64,000 bases of DNA from Escherichia coli (lineage in GTDB: Bacteria; Pseudomonadota; Gammaproteobacteria; Enterobacterales; Enterobacteriaceae), in assembly GCF_046105845.1 (NCBI RefSeq), contig NZ_CP151004.1; one strand, given 5' to 3'. The first letter of the stretch is position 1; each line of letters opens with the position of its first letter. Shown here one piece after another: positions 10,734 to 23,569 of the stretch. The position numbers were made by a program, and so were the translations under genes. Below the pieces are notes generated by a model that made no database searches, was not told where the DNA came from, and was given only the letters and a program-made list of their open reading frames with translations.

Positions 10734-11335
10734 CGCAGGATTTAACCCAATTTCTCGCCAGCTTGCCGGAAGACGATCGCATCAAAGCGATTAATGAAAT
10801 CCGCATGGCGATCCATCAGGTTAGCCCCTTTCGAGAAGAGCCAGTGGATTGCGTTCTGTGGGTTAAAAACAGCCAACTTATGCCTAATGATTACAACCCA
10901 AACAACGTGGCACCACCCGAAAAAAAACTGCTGAAAAAATCCATTGAAATAGATGGTTTTACCCAACCCATTGTGGTCACGCATACGGATAAAAATGCCC
11001 TGGAAATCGTGGATGGTTTTCACCGCCATGAAATTGGTAAAGGCTCATCATCGTTAAAATTACGCTTAAAAGGTTATTTGCCGGTGACCTGTCTGGAAGG
11101 TACGCGTAATCAACGCATCGCCGCGACTATTCGTCATAATCGCGCCCGTGGACGTCACCAAATCACTGCCATGTCAGAAATCGTCCGTGAACTCAGCCAG
11201 TTGGGATGGGACGATCATAAAATCGGCAAAGAGCTGGGAATGGACGGCGACGAAGTGCTGCGCCTGAAGCAAATTAACGGCCTGCAAGAACTGTTTGCCG
11301 ACCGTCAATTTTCCCGCGCCTGGACGGTTAAATAA
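10706..11335 (+). CDS. ybdM: ParB/sulfiredoxin-like domain protein YbdM, function unknown
   Basis: 209 aa ORF overlapping the ybdN 3-prime end by 28 nt (an alternative start at MQQR, 10718, is possible); recognised as YbdM (IbrB-like). Confidence 0.8.
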   Translation: MGDTMQQRLTQDLTQFLASLPEDDRIKAINEIRMAIHQVSPFREEPVDCVLWVKNSQLMPNDYNPNNVAPPEKKLLKKSIEIDGFTQPIVVTHTDKNALEIVDGFHRHEIGKGSSSLKLRLKGYLPVTCLEGTRNQRIAATIRHNRARGRHQITAMSEIVRELSQLGWDDHKIGKELGMDGDEVLRLKQINGLQELFADRQFSRAWTVK

Positions 11336-12496
11336 CTACAGCTGGCGCAGGCGTTCAGCTGCTGCCAGCAACGTCGATTCCTTCTTGGCAAAACAGAGAC
11401 GAATCAGTTTATGGGGGAAGGGATCGGCGCAAAACACCGACAGCGGAATCGCCGCTACACCGTGCTCCCGCGTCAGCCACTGGCAAAACTCAACGTCATC
11501 CAGGGTAGAAACCGCGCTGTAATCCACCAGCAAAAAGTATGTACCTTCACACGGTAAAATCTCCAGCCGGCTTTCATTTAAAGCATTCACCAGAATATCG
11601 CGTTTCTGGCGATAAAAGTCCGGTAACGCAAGATAATGCTCAGGTTCTGCACGTAGCATATCCGCAAGTGCCAGCTGTGCCGGGGTATTCACCGAAAAGG
11701 TCAGATACTGGTGTACCTTGCGAATTTCAGCGCTGATGGGCGCTGGCGCAACGCAATAACCCACTTTCCAGCCGGTCATATGATAGGTCTTGCCAAATGA
11801 AGAAACTGCCACCGCCCGCTCACGCAGCTGCGGATGCGCCAGCACGCTGGCATGGCCCTGTTGTGAAAAGTTGATGTGCTCGTAAACTTCATCGCTAATG
11901 ACAAAAATCTCGTGCCCGCCGATCGCCTGCCACAGAGCGGAGAAATCAGCCTGCTGCCAGACAGTTGCACTGGGGTTATGCGGGGTGTTGAGGATCACCA
12001 GTCGGGTGCGCTCGCTTAACAATGCGGCAAATTCCTGCCAGTCCACGCGAAAATGCGGTGGTTGCAGTGCAATACGTTTCACTATTCCCCCCGAAAGCGC
12101 GATGGCGGGCGCGTAACTGTCATAGCTGGGATCAAAGCAGATCACTTCATCACCATTGCGCACCAATGCGGTAATCGCTGCATATAACGCTTCCGTCGCC
12201 CCTGCCGTTACGGTGATATCGCTATCGGCATCCGGTTGATAGCCATACAGACGTTCCGTTTTCTGAGCAATCGCCTCGCGCAAGGCCTGCACGCCAGTCA
12301 TAGGCGCGTATTGGTTTGCCCCCTGGGCAACGTGGTACGCCAGCCGCTCTTGTAAATAGCGCGGACCATCAAAATCAGGAAAGCCTTGCGAAAGGTTAAT
12401 CGCCTGGTGTTGCTGCGCCAGCGCGCTCATCTGGGTGAAAATAGTGGTGCCAAGTTGTGGAAGTTTGCTTTGTGGAATCAGAGGGTTATTTGTCAT
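11336..12496 (-). CDS. ybdL: PLP-dependent methionine aminotransferase YbdL
   Basis: 386 aa class I aminotransferase ORF; synteny. Confidence 0.9.
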   Translation of the reverse strand: MTNNPLIPQSKLPQLGTTIFTQMSALAQQHQAINLSQGFPDFDGPRYLQERLAYHVAQGANQYAPMTGVQALREAIAQKTERLYGYQPDADSDITVTAGATEALYAAITALVRNGDEVICFDPSYDSYAPAIALSGGIVKRIALQPPHFRVDWQEFAALLSERTRLVILNTPHNPSATVWQQADFSALWQAIGGHEIFVISDEVYEHINFSQQGHASVLAHPQLRERAVAVSSFGKTYHMTGWKVGYCVAPAPISAEIRKVHQYLTFSVNTPAQLALADMLRAEPEHYLALPDFYRQKRDILVNALNESRLEILPCEGTYFLLVDYSAVSTLDDVEFCQWLTREHGVAAIPLSVFCADPFPHKLIRLCFAKKESTLLAAAERLRQL

Positions 12497-12604
12497 TTTT
12501 ATTGTACCTGACGAAGTTGCGTGTTGAAGGCACTATAACACGATGCTAGTATTTGGCAATCAAGACGTTTAGATGTCTAAATAAAACAATAAGGACAACA
12601 CAAC

Positions 12605-13693
12605 ATGCCTCACAATCCTATCCGCGTGGTCGTCGGCCCGGCTAACTACTTTTCACATCCAGGAAGTTTCAATCACCTGCACGATTTTTTCACTGATGAA
12701 CAGCTTTCTCACGCGGTGTGGATCTACGGCGAACGCGCCATTGCTGCGGCGCAAACAAAACTTCCGCCAGCGTTTGAACTGCCAAGGGCAAAGCATATTT
12801 TGTTTCGCGGCCATTGCAGCGAAAGCGATGTACAACAACTGGCGGCTGAGTCCGGTGACGATCGCAGCGTGGTGATTGGCGTCGGCGGCGGCGCACTGCT
12901 CGACACCGCGAAAGCCCTCGCCCGCCGTCTCGGTCTGCCGTTTGTTGCCGTTCCGACGATCGCCGCCACCTGCGCCGCCTGGACACCGCTCTCCGTCTGG
13001 TATAACGATGCCGGACAGGCGCTGCATTATGAGATTTTCGACGACGCCAATTTTATGGTGCTGGTGGAGCCAGAGATTATCCTCAACGCGCCGCACCAAT
13101 ATCTGCTGGCGGGGATCGGTGACACGCTGGCGAAATGGTATGAAGCGGTGGTGCTGGCTCCGCAACCAGAAACGTTGCCGCTAACCGTGCGGCTGGGGAT
13201 CAATAATGCGCAGGCCATTCGCGACGTCTTGTTAAACAGTAGCGAACAGGCGCTGAGCGATCAGCAAAAACAACAGTTAACGCAATCATTTTGCGATGTG
13301 GTGGATGCTATTATTGCTGGTGGTGGGATGGTCGGTGGTCTGGGCGATCGTTTTACGCGTGTGGCGGCGGCCCATGCCGTGCATAACGGTCTGACCGTTT
13401 TGCCGCAAACCGAGAAGTTTCTCCACGGCACCAAAGTCGCCTACGGAATTCTGGTGCAAAGCGCCTTGCTGGGTCAGGATGATGTGCTGGCGCAATTAAC
13501 AGAGGCGTATCAGCGTTTTCATCTGCCGACTACGCTGGCGGAGCTGGAAGTGGATATCAATAATCAGGTGGAGATCGACAAAATGATTGCCCACACCCTA
13601 CGTCCAGTGGAATCCATTCATTACCTGCCAGTCACGCTGACACCAGATACCTTGCGTGCAGCGTTCGAAAAAGTGGAATCGTTTAAAGCCTGA
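12605..13693 (+). CDS. ybdH: Iron-containing (glycerol dehydrogenase-like) hydroxycarboxylate dehydrogenase YbdH
   Basis: 362 aa ORF with the GVGGGALLD nucleotide-binding motif; synteny. Confidence 0.88.
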   Translation: MPHNPIRVVVGPANYFSHPGSFNHLHDFFTDEQLSHAVWIYGERAIAAAQTKLPPAFELPRAKHILFRGHCSESDVQQLAAESGDDRSVVIGVGGGALLDTAKALARRLGLPFVAVPTIAATCAAWTPLSVWYNDAGQALHYEIFDDANFMVLVEPEIILNAPHQYLLAGIGDTLAKWYEAVVLAPQPETLPLTVRLGINNAQAIRDVLLNSSEQALSDQQKQQLTQSFCDVVDAIIAGGGMVGGLGDRFTRVAAAHAVHNGLTVLPQTEKFLHGTKVAYGILVQSALLGQDDVLAQLTEAYQRFHLPTTLAELEVDINNQVEIDKMIAHTLRPVESIHYLPVTLTPDTLRAAFEKVESFKA

Positions 13694-13702
13694 CGTACAC
13701 AT

Positions 13703-13900
13703 TTAGCAGCAGCGCGCGCCGCCTTTTCCACCGTAGCGCGCGTCCTGCCGCTCACGGAAAAACTCCTCGTAGGTCATCGGCGTTTGATCGGGATGGTTAA
13801 CCCGCATATGTTCGACATAGTTGTCGTAATCAGGCATACCAATCATCAGCTTCGCCGCCTGACCTAAATATTTTCCGGCTTTTGCCAGTGAATCAAACAT
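13703..13900 (-). CDS. ybdD: Small protein YbdD (DUF466), partner of CstA
   Basis: 65 aa ORF immediately downstream of cstA on the same strand. Confidence 0.85.
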   Translation of the reverse strand: MFDSLAKAGKYLGQAAKLMIGMPDYDNYVEHMRVNHPDQTPMTYEEFFRERQDARYGGKGGARCC

Positions 13901-14052
13901 CAATACCTCCGGTAAACAGGTTGCTGATAGAGTGCATTAATAGCTATCAACGCGCTCGGTCAGTCCCCTCGCCCCACAGGAGAGAGGGTTAGGGTGAGGG
14001 GGAACCCTCGGCACCATGCCAACATTCGCCAACATCCCCCCTCACTCTGACT

Positions 14053-16158
14053 TTAGTGCGCGCCTTTCGCCTGCGCCACGATCTCTTCGACATTTTCCGG
14101 CATCGGCTCATACGGCGTTTCTTTCGCCGTTGGCTTCGGCTCTTTCAATGCCGCCAGTGCAGTCTTAATCGAGAACAGCGCCAGAACCACCACGACCACC
14201 ATAAAGAAGATGGTTAACCCGGCATCCAGACGGTTGTTGAACACCAGTTGCGCCAGTTGTGACTCAGTATACTGCGACGGAATATTGCCGCTGTCGATCA
14301 TTGCCTGGAACTTGTTAGCAATCGCCAGGAAGCCGACCTTCGCATCCGGGCTAAACGCTTTCTGCCAGCCAGCGGTCAGAGTACAAATCAGCAGCCAGGC
14401 CGTTGGTACCAGCGCCACCCAGGCGTAACGTTGACGTTTCATTTTGAACAGCACCACAGCACAGAGCATCAGCGCCATCCCTGCCAGCATCTGGTTGGCA
14501 ATACCAAACAGCGGCCACAAGGTGTTAATACCGCCCAGCGGATCGACCACGCCCTGATGCAGGAAGTAGCCCCACGCCAGCACGCACAGCGCCGTTGCCA
14601 GCAGGTTAGCAGGCAGTGAATCGGTCCTTTTCAGGCCCGGAGACACCACGCCCAGCAGATCCTGCAACATAAAGCGCGCAGCACGCGTACCTGCATCCAC
14701 CGCCGTCAGAATAAACAGTGCTTCAAACAGAATGGCGAAGTGATACCAGAACGCCACATCCATCATGCCGCCCAGCGCACCGTGCAGAATGTAGGCCATC
14801 CCCACCGCCAGGGTCGGCGCACCGCCCGCACGGGAAATGATCGACTGTTCACCCACTTCGCTGGCAATCTGGTTGAGCGTATCTGGTGTAATGCTAAATC
14901 CCCAGCTACTCACCACTTGCGCTGCAGAAGCGACCACATCCGCCGTCCCTGCCGGAGCCAGCACCGCCATCGGGCTGTTCATAGCGAAGTACACACCCGG
15001 ATCGATGATACAGGCGGAAACCAGCGCCATAATCGCTACGAAGGATTCCATTAACATCCCGCCGTAGCCGATAAAACACGCCTGCCCTTCGTTCGCCAGC
15101 ATCTTCGGCGTGGTACCGGAAGAGATCAGCGCATGGAAGCCAGACACCGCGCCACAAGCGATGGTGATAAACAGGAACGGGAACAGGTTACCGGTCCATA
15201 CCGGGCCAGTGCCATCAACAAATTTGGTCAGCGCAGGCATGGTCAGCGTCGGGCGCATGATCAGAATGCCTACCGCCAGACCGACGATAGTCCCGATTTT
15301 CAAGAAGGTTGAGAGGTAGTCACGCGGGGCCAGCAGCAACCACACCGGCAGCACCGCCGCCACGAAGCCGTAACCCACCAGCATCCAGGTCAGCTGCACG
15401 CCGGTAAAGTCAAAGTACGGTGCCCAGGTCGGACTTTCTGCCACCCAGCCGCCAGAGATAATGGCGAAAATCAGGAACACCAGGCCAATCACCGACACTT
15501 CGCCAATACGCCCCGGACGCAGATAACGCAGGTAGATCCCCATAAACAGCGCCAGCGGAATGGTGAACGCAACGGTATACGTTCCCCACGGGCTATGAGT
15601 CAGGGCTTTCACCACGATCATCGCCAGTACTGCAAGGATAATGACCATGATCATAAAGCAGGCCACCAGCGCTATCACCCCGGCGGTTGGCCCCATCTCT
15701 TCTTTGACCAACTCACCCAGCGAGCGACCATCGCGGCGCGTAGAAACAAACAGCACCATGAAATCCTGCACCGCACCGGCGAGAACCACCCCGGCGAGCA
15801 GCCAGATCATCCCCGGCAGGTAGCCCATTTGCGCTGCCAGCACCGGCCCAACCAGCGGACCTGCTCCGGCAATGGCCGCAAAATGGTGACCGAACAGCAC
15901 TTTCTTGTCCGTCGGCACATAGTCCAGCCCGTCGTTATGGCGCACCGCTGGCGTCATACGCGTCGGGTCAACCGCCAGCACATTTTTGGCGATATACAGA
16001 CCATAAAAACGGTAAGCGATCAGATAGATACAGACCGACGCCACCACAATCCACAGCGCGTTGATCTGTTCCCCACGATTTAAAGCAATATATCCCAGAG
16101 CAAATGCTCCCATTACAGAGAGCACTGTCCAGACGAGGTATTTCCCTGATTTGTTCAT
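14053..16158 (-). CDS. cstA: Carbon starvation protein A (peptide/pyruvate transporter)
   Basis: 701 aa polytopic membrane protein ORF recognised as CstA. Confidence 0.93.
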   Translation of the reverse strand: MNKSGKYLVWTVLSVMGAFALGYIALNRGEQINALWIVVASVCIYLIAYRFYGLYIAKNVLAVDPTRMTPAVRHNDGLDYVPTDKKVLFGHHFAAIAGAGPLVGPVLAAQMGYLPGMIWLLAGVVLAGAVQDFMVLFVSTRRDGRSLGELVKEEMGPTAGVIALVACFMIMVIILAVLAMIVVKALTHSPWGTYTVAFTIPLALFMGIYLRYLRPGRIGEVSVIGLVFLIFAIISGGWVAESPTWAPYFDFTGVQLTWMLVGYGFVAAVLPVWLLLAPRDYLSTFLKIGTIVGLAVGILIMRPTLTMPALTKFVDGTGPVWTGNLFPFLFITIACGAVSGFHALISSGTTPKMLANEGQACFIGYGGMLMESFVAIMALVSACIIDPGVYFAMNSPMAVLAPAGTADVVASAAQVVSSWGFSITPDTLNQIASEVGEQSIISRAGGAPTLAVGMAYILHGALGGMMDVAFWYHFAILFEALFILTAVDAGTRAARFMLQDLLGVVSPGLKRTDSLPANLLATALCVLAWGYFLHQGVVDPLGGINTLWPLFGIANQMLAGMALMLCAVVLFKMKRQRYAWVALVPTAWLLICTLTAGWQKAFSPDAKVGFLAIANKFQAMIDSGNIPSQYTESQLAQLVFNNRLDAGLTIFFMVVVVVLALFSIKTALAALKEPKPTAKETPYEPMPENVEEIVAQAKGAH

Positions 16159-16338
16159 AGTTGTTATCCGTGTGCGTGTCCATAGAGATGTTACATTTTG
16201 TTTCTATAACATCTTTGTACAATTTAACAACACGGCAACCATGTAAATCGGAGTTGAAACCAATATTTAACTTAACAATGTTAACTCGATCACTCCGTTA
16301 ACCGAGTTTTCCTGCAATCTCATTTAATTCTGTCGGGC

Positions 16339-17500
<1,162 letters not shown>

Positions 17501-17501
<1 letters not shown>

Positions 17502-18361
17502 TATTTCACCTCGCGGGAGAGTAGCTTCCACCAGGCGTCGATGGTCGGGTTTTTCGCCAGCATGACAAAGTCGATATCGCCATGCACTTTGCGCCAGCGC
17601 GCCGCCAGCGCCATCATGCGCACCGAATCCAGACCGTAGTCGATCAGGTTGTCATCATCGAACGGTTCATCGGACTCGTCCAGCAACGGCAGGATCACCT
17701 CACGCAGCGCCGCTTTGCTGGCGGGGATAGGTGCTGCTGGCAGCAATTCTTCGGTCATCACCACCCGGCCAGAACGTCCGGCCACATATTTCAGCGACAT
17801 CAAATGCTCGTCACGGCTGAAATCGGCCAGCGCATCTGCCACCATAAACGGTTTAATATCGCGCATAAATGCGTCCGTTGCGGTGGTCATACAGCCAATG
17901 TGGGCATATACCCCGGTAATAATCAGCTGGTTACGTCCACTCTCTTTGAGCATTTGCTCCAGCGGGGAACGATGAAACGCGCTGTAGCGCCACTTCACCA
18001 GCACCGTGTCGTCGGCATCTGGCGTCAGGCGATCCACCACCTTTTGCTGTTCCGGCGAACGGGTCAGGCCTGGCCCCCACATATCATTCAACAGCGCCCG
18101 ATCTTCATCGCTCTGCTCTTTCGGCTGGGCGGTGTAATAAACCGGGATATTGTGCTGTTTGCAGTAGTCGCGTAGTGCCGCAATATTCGCGATCACCTGC
18201 TCCATCATCGGGCAGTTCTCGCCCCAGAAGCTGACAAAATAGTCCTGCATATCATGGATTAACAACGCGGCATGTTGCGGTTCAAAGGCCCAGTCGACTT
18301 TATTCTGCGGAATATCGTGAGACTCCGGCAGTGCGTAAGCCTGTAATTTTGGAATAGCCAT
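17501..18361 (-). CDS. entB: Isochorismatase / aryl carrier protein EntB
   Basis: 285 aa ORF; synteny entC-entE-entB-entA. Confidence 0.95.
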
Positions 18362-18374
18362 CGTGTTCTCTCCT

Positions 18375-19985
18375 TCAGGCTGATGCGCGTGACGCCAGCC
18401 ACTGACGTAATTGTTTTTTATCGACTTTCCCGACCGCCGTCAGCGGAAGTGAATCCACACACTCCACGCGATCCGGTAATTTAAATTCGGCAATACCCTG
18501 TTCACGCAGGAAACGACGCACCTGCACCGCGCGCAGCGGCTCTTTTACCACCAGATAAGCACAGCTTTTTTCGCCCATCAGCTCATCTTCCATGCTCACC
18601 AGTGCGGCGTAGATCACCGCCGGATGGCGCAGTAACAGGTTTTCGATCTCTTCGGCAGCGATCTTCTCGCCGCCACGGTTAATCTGATCTTTCTCGCGCC
18701 CCTGCACGGTGATGTAACCCTCTGGATCAATAGAGATCAGATCGCCAGAACAGTAAAAACCGTTGGCATCAAAGGCGCTGGCATTGTGCTGCGGGCTTTT
18801 GTAATAGCCGCGGAAGGTGTACGGACCGCGCGTCATCAGGCGTCCGACTTCCCCTTGCGGCAGTGGATTTCCTTCGGCATCGGCAACCCACACTTCATCG
18901 TCCGGACACATTGGATAGCCCTGGGTATGGATTATTTTCTCCGCGCTATCATCAAGTCGGGTGTAGTTCACCAGTCCTTCCGCCATGCCGAATACCTGCT
19001 GTAACTGGCAGCCAATCTCTGCGGGAATACGCGCCGCAAGCGTGGCAGAAAGACGTGCACCACCGACCTGTAACAGTTTCAGCGAGGCAAGCTGCGCCCG
19101 GCTTTCTCCTTCGGTCAGCGCCTGTAACCACAGGCTGACTGCGGGTGGCACCAGCGCGGTGACGTTCACCTGATGTTTTTCAATCAATGGGAAGCAGAGC
19201 GTGGCGCTGGGGTCGGCAGCCAGAACGACAGTGCCGCCAGCGAGAAATACTCCCAGCGATCCTGGCGAACTCATGGCGTAGTTATGAGCCGCCGGGATCG
19301 CGCACAGGTAGCGTGTCTGTTGTGTGAACTGACAAATCTCGACGCTACGACGCACGCTGTAGTAGTAGTCGTTATGAGTGCGCGGGATCAGTTTCGGTGT
19401 GCCGGTGGTGCCGCCGGAAAGCTGGAAATAGGCCACTTCATCAGCAGGTGACGGCGTGGCAGTAAAATCCTCAGCCGGATGGTTAATCGCATCCTGCAAA
19501 TTATGCTCACCGCTGTCGTTGTGCAGTTGCACCACGCGAATGGAGGAATGCTCTGCAACAAATGTATTGAGGAAATCATCCCCGCTAAACAGCGCATGCT
19601 GGCGATCGGCAATCAGTAACGCCGGTTCAATCTGGCTGGCATAGGCGTTCAGTTCACTACGCTGATGGCTGAACAGCGCCAGCACCGGCGCAACGCCCAG
19701 TTTCAGCAGCGCGAAAAAAGTAATGTAAAGTTCAGCGACGTTACCCAGTTGTACCAGCGCAGTTTCACCAGGTTTAATGCCCTGAAGGCGCAAACTACAC
19801 GCGAGGTTATCCGCCGCCTGATTCAGCTCCCGATAACTCAACTGCCGTTCGCCGTCGATGACCGCGATGCTGTCGCTTGCGGCATGACGGGTCAGAATGT
19901 CGGTCAGCGGCAAATCCTGCCAGTAGCCTTTTTCCCGATAGCGACGGGCAAACTCTTCCGGCCAGCGGGTGAATGGAATGCTCAT
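18375..19985 (-). CDS. entE: 2,3-dihydroxybenzoate-AMP ligase EntE
   Basis: ORF 18375..19991 trimmed to MSIPFTRW (536 aa); adenylation-domain motifs present. Confidence 0.95.
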   Translation of the reverse strand: MSIPFTRWPEEFARRYREKGYWQDLPLTDILTRHAASDSIAVIDGERQLSYRELNQAADNLACSLRLQGIKPGETALVQLGNVAELYITFFALLKLGVAPVLALFSHQRSELNAYASQIEPALLIADRQHALFSGDDFLNTFVAEHSSIRVVQLHNDSGEHNLQDAINHPAEDFTATPSPADEVAYFQLSGGTTGTPKLIPRTHNDYYYSVRRSVEICQFTQQTRYLCAIPAAHNYAMSSPGSLGVFLAGGTVVLAADPSATLCFPLIEKHQVNVTALVPPAVSLWLQALTEGESRAQLASLKLLQVGGARLSATLAARIPAEIGCQLQQVFGMAEGLVNYTRLDDSAEKIIHTQGYPMCPDDEVWVADAEGNPLPQGEVGRLMTRGPYTFRGYYKSPQHNASAFDANGFYCSGDLISIDPEGYITVQGREKDQINRGGEKIAAEEIENLLLRHPAVIYAALVSMEDELMGEKSCAYLVVKEPLRAVQVRRFLREQGIAEFKLPDRVECVDSLPLTAVGKVDKKQLRQWLASRASA

Positions 19986-19994
19986 CCTCACTCC

Positions 19995-21170
19995 TTAATG
20001 CAATCCAAAAACGTTCAACATGGTAGAAAGTTTGACGCCCGTTTCGCGCCACTCACCCAACGGTGACGACGCAGGCACAATCCCCGCTCCGGCAAACAGA
20101 CGCACCTGATTTTCCCGCAGCTTCGCGCAGCGGATGGTCACCACCCATTCACCGTTACCTTCGCTGTCACACCAACCCACAATGCCGCCAAACAGTTCGC
20201 GGTCGAACGGCTCCAGTTCAGCAATAACCTGAGTCGCGGCCTGATGCGGGAAACCGCTCAGCGCGGGGGTCGGATGCAGCAGACAGGCCAGAGTCAGTGC
20301 GTTTTCTTGCGAATTCGCTTTACCTTCAAAGGGAGTTGCGAGATGCCACAGCGTCGGCGTGGTGATCAGTTGTGGAGAAGAAGGAACGTGTAACTCACTA
20401 CTGCGTTCGCGCAATACCTCTTTCATCGCCTGAGTCACCAGTTCATGTTCATGGCGATCTTTTTCTGACGCCAACAGACGATTACCCGCTTCGCGATCGA
20501 GCACTTCATCCGGCTGACGACGCGCGGAACCGGCTAACGGAATGGAGCTAAAACGCTCGCCGTCTTTACGTAGCAGCAGTTCCGGGCTGGCCCCCAGCAG
20601 AACGCCACCATCAGCCAGCGGGACATGGAAGTTGTAACTAACCGGGTTTTGCGCAATCAACCGTTCCAGCAATACGCCACTATCAATGGCGGCGTCAGTG
20701 GTGATATCAATCAACCGTGACAACACCACTTTGTCGACCTGCGGCGTGGCGGTAAGTGCGGCGGCGCGAGCAACCATCTGTTCAAACGTGGCTTGTTCCG
20801 GAATTGCCTGGCGTTCCACCACGTTCAGCGACTGGCTGCGGGTAAAACGGCGGGCTGAAGATTGTTTTTCCTGGCGGGAGAACGACTGCCAGGATTCAGG
20901 AATATACAGCGATGAAGGCTGACGTGGATCGAAGGGAATCGCCCCGACCATCACCGGATTTTTGATGCCCTGCGCTTTGGCATCGGCAAACAGCGCGGCG
21001 AGTTTTTGCTGGAAGGGACTGTCGGGTGAATCCCCGTTCACAGCGGGTTCATCGAAGCGGGCGAAACATCCTGACGTCGTAAAACTGCGGTACGGCGACA
21101 TAAAGAAAAAGCGATTGGGCGCAAGTGTTGCCATGGTCTGCTGTACTTCCTCAGCCAGTGACGTATCCAT
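19995..21170 (-). CDS. entC: Isochorismate synthase EntC
   Basis: ORF 19995..21182 trimmed to MDTSLAEEV (391 aa). Confidence 0.93.
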   Translation of the reverse strand: MDTSLAEEVQQTMATLAPNRFFFMSPYRSFTTSGCFARFDEPAVNGDSPDSPFQQKLAALFADAKAQGIKNPVMVGAIPFDPRQPSSLYIPESWQSFSRQEKQSSARRFTRSQSLNVVERQAIPEQATFEQMVARAAALTATPQVDKVVLSRLIDITTDAAIDSGVLLERLIAQNPVSYNFHVPLADGGVLLGASPELLLRKDGERFSSIPLAGSARRQPDEVLDREAGNRLLASEKDRHEHELVTQAMKEVLRERSSELHVPSSPQLITTPTLWHLATPFEGKANSQENALTLACLLHPTPALSGFPHQAATQVIAELEPFDRELFGGIVGWCDSEGNGEWVVTIRCAKLRENQVRLFAGAGIVPASSPLGEWRETGVKLSTMLNVFGLH

Positions 21171-21200
21171 ATCATCCTCCACAAAATGATAAAGGCTTTA

Positions 21201-21219
21201 ATAATGATTATCATTTATA
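21201..21219. promoter_or_regulatory. Fur box in the entC / fepB divergent promoter region
   Basis: aataatgattatcatttat closely matches the Fur consensus GATAATGATAATCATTATC; a weaker second match lies near 21315..21333 on the fepB side. Confidence 0.75.
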
Positions 21220-21358
21220 TTTTCGGTCGCTAACCTAAAAGCAAACGCGCACTATGTCAACTCTTGAGGTAACGCAATCTGCAACTCGGGGTTGCATCTG
21301 GTTGTGGTTACAATGAAAATGAGAAGCATTAACTTCATTAATAACAGGAAGCTGATTT

Positions 21359-22315
21359 GTGAGACTCGCCTCGCTCTACCGCAACGCCCTTCTATTAACA
21401 GGACTTTTGCTTTCAGGAATAGTCGCAGTTCAGGCCGCCGACTGGCCGCGTCAGATTACTGACAGCCGTGGCACTCATTCCCTGGAAAGCCAGCCGCAGC
21501 GTATTGTTTCCACCAGCGTCACCCTGACCGGCTCACTGCTGGCGATTGATGCTCCGGTGATTGCCAGCGGCGCGACCACGCCAAATAACCGCGTCGCGGA
21601 TGACCAGGGCTTTTTACGCCAGTGGAGCAAGGTGGCGAAAGAACGCAAACTGCAACGGCTCTATATCGGCGAACCGAGCGCCGAAGCGGTGGCCGCGCAA
21701 ATGCCGGATCTGATTTTAATCAGCGCAACCGGCGGCGATTCGGCGCTGGCGCTGTACGATCAGCTTTCCACCATCGCCCCGACATTAATCATCAATTACG
21801 ACGACAAAAGCTGGCAGTCGCTGTTAACGCAACTTGGCGAAATTACCGGGCATGAGAAACAAGCGGCAGAGCGGATTGCGCAGTTTGATAAGCAACTGGC
21901 GGCGGCGAAAGAGCAAATCAAATTACCGCCGCAGCCGGTCACGGCCATTGTCTATACCGCCGCTGCACACAGTGCCAATCTCTGGACGCCTGAATCAGCA
22001 CAAGGGCAGATGCTGGAACAACTCGGCTTTACGCTGGCGAAGTTGCCAGAAGGGTTAAACGCCAGCCAAAGCCAGGGCAAACGCCATGACATCATTCAGC
22101 TTGGTGGGGAAAATCTGGCGACGGGATTAAATGGCGAGTCACTATTCCTGTTCGCCGGTGATCAGAAAGACGCCGATGCGATTTATGCCAATCCACTGCT
22201 CGCGCACCTGCCTGCAGTACAAAACAAGCAGGTTTATGCGCTGGGAACCGAGACGTTCCGACTGGATTACTACAGCGCCATGCAAGTGCTGGAACGACTT
22301 AAGGCGCTGTTTTAA
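21359..22315 (+). CDS. fepB: Ferric enterobactin periplasmic binding protein FepB
   Basis: 318 aa ORF with signal peptide; synteny. Confidence 0.93.
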   Translation: MRLASLYRNALLLTGLLLSGIVAVQAADWPRQITDSRGTHSLESQPQRIVSTSVTLTGSLLAIDAPVIASGATTPNNRVADDQGFLRQWSKVAKERKLQRLYIGEPSAEAVAAQMPDLILISATGGDSALALYDQLSTIAPTLIINYDDKSWQSLLTQLGEITGHEKQAAERIAQFDKQLAAAKEQIKLPPQPVTAIVYTAAAHSANLWTPESAQGQMLEQLGFTLAKLPEGLNASQSQGKRHDIIQLGGENLATGLNGESLFLFAGDQKDADAIYANPLLAHLPAVQNKQVYALGTETFRLDYYSAMQVLERLKALF

Positions 22316-22318
22316 GCA

Positions 22319-23569
22319 TTAACTGTCGGACGCTGTCACCTGCGGCGGCGTCTGGCGAAAACGCCGCAACTCCACCAGCACCAGCAACAACAACACGCCG
22401 ATAATCAACAAACCAAAACCGCTCGCGCTTGCGGAAGCAACCGGTGTCATCATCGCTCCCAGACCGCCTAACAGCGCCGCGCCTATGGCATCGCCCGTCA
22501 CGTTTTGCGCCGTCCACAAACCGTTAATCCGCCCTAACATCGCTTCCGGGGTTTGCGTTTGCAGCATTGTGTATTGCAGCAACGAACTAACCGCGCTCAG
22601 CCAGCCGAACAGTGCCAGGCAAACCACGCCTAAAATCCACATCGGCATCAGGCCAAACAGACCAATGGCGAGGAACGATCCCAGCGTGGAGAGCAGCATC
22701 AATAACCCTGGTCGCGCGCTATGTGCCAGCTTCCCGCTGGTTAACGCGCCAATAGCCGCGCCGAGCGGGATCGCCGCATAGAGAAAACCAATCTGTGCCG
22801 CCGACATCTGCCAGTTGTCAGCCAGCGCCGGATACAGTACCCGCACCGCGCTCGCCATCGTCAATAAACCACCCAACAGCGCAATCCCTCCTACCAGCGG
22901 GCTGGCGAGCAGAAAACGAAATCCTGCCAGTAATGATTTCAACGGATGCTCACGCGGCTGAGGTGGCGGTGGCAACGCCGGAAGGCTTAATAACGGCAGC
23001 AAGGTAATAAACGTGCCCGCCGCCGCCAGCCCGTAGTTCCAGGCTACGCCGCCGGTCGCCAGCAATAAACCGCCAATCATGGGCGAAATCACCGACCCCA
23101 GGCGCACGGTCAACATGGTGATCGCCCCGGCCTGCATTAAGTTTTCACGCCCTACCAGTGCAGGTGTCGCCGCCAGTAGCGCCGTAACGCCAAGCGATGC
23201 GAAAAAACCATCCCATAATCCGAGTAAATAGATTGCCAGCAAAGATGGCTCCGGCAGCAGCGCGTTCAGGCACAGTCCAATGAAGCCAATGCCACAGGTG
23301 CCGCGCGCCAGCAAAATCACTTTTTTGCGCTCATAGCGATCCGCCAGCACACCGCCGACCATCAGGCCAACAAACATCGCGCCGCCGGTCAGCGTCACCG
23401 AAAGCCCCACCTGCCAGGTAGAATGCGTCATCATCTGGATCTGCACCGGCACCGCGACGCCGAGCAAACCCAGAGACACAATTGAGATAAAACGAGCGAG
23501 GAATACTGCGCGAAACGCCGGGTGCGTTTTCAACAGGCTGAGGTTAAGCAGCCAGGATTGTTTATTCAT
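22319..23569 (-). CDS. entS: Enterobactin exporter EntS (MFS)
   Basis: 416 aa MFS transporter ORF divergent from fepD. Confidence 0.93.
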
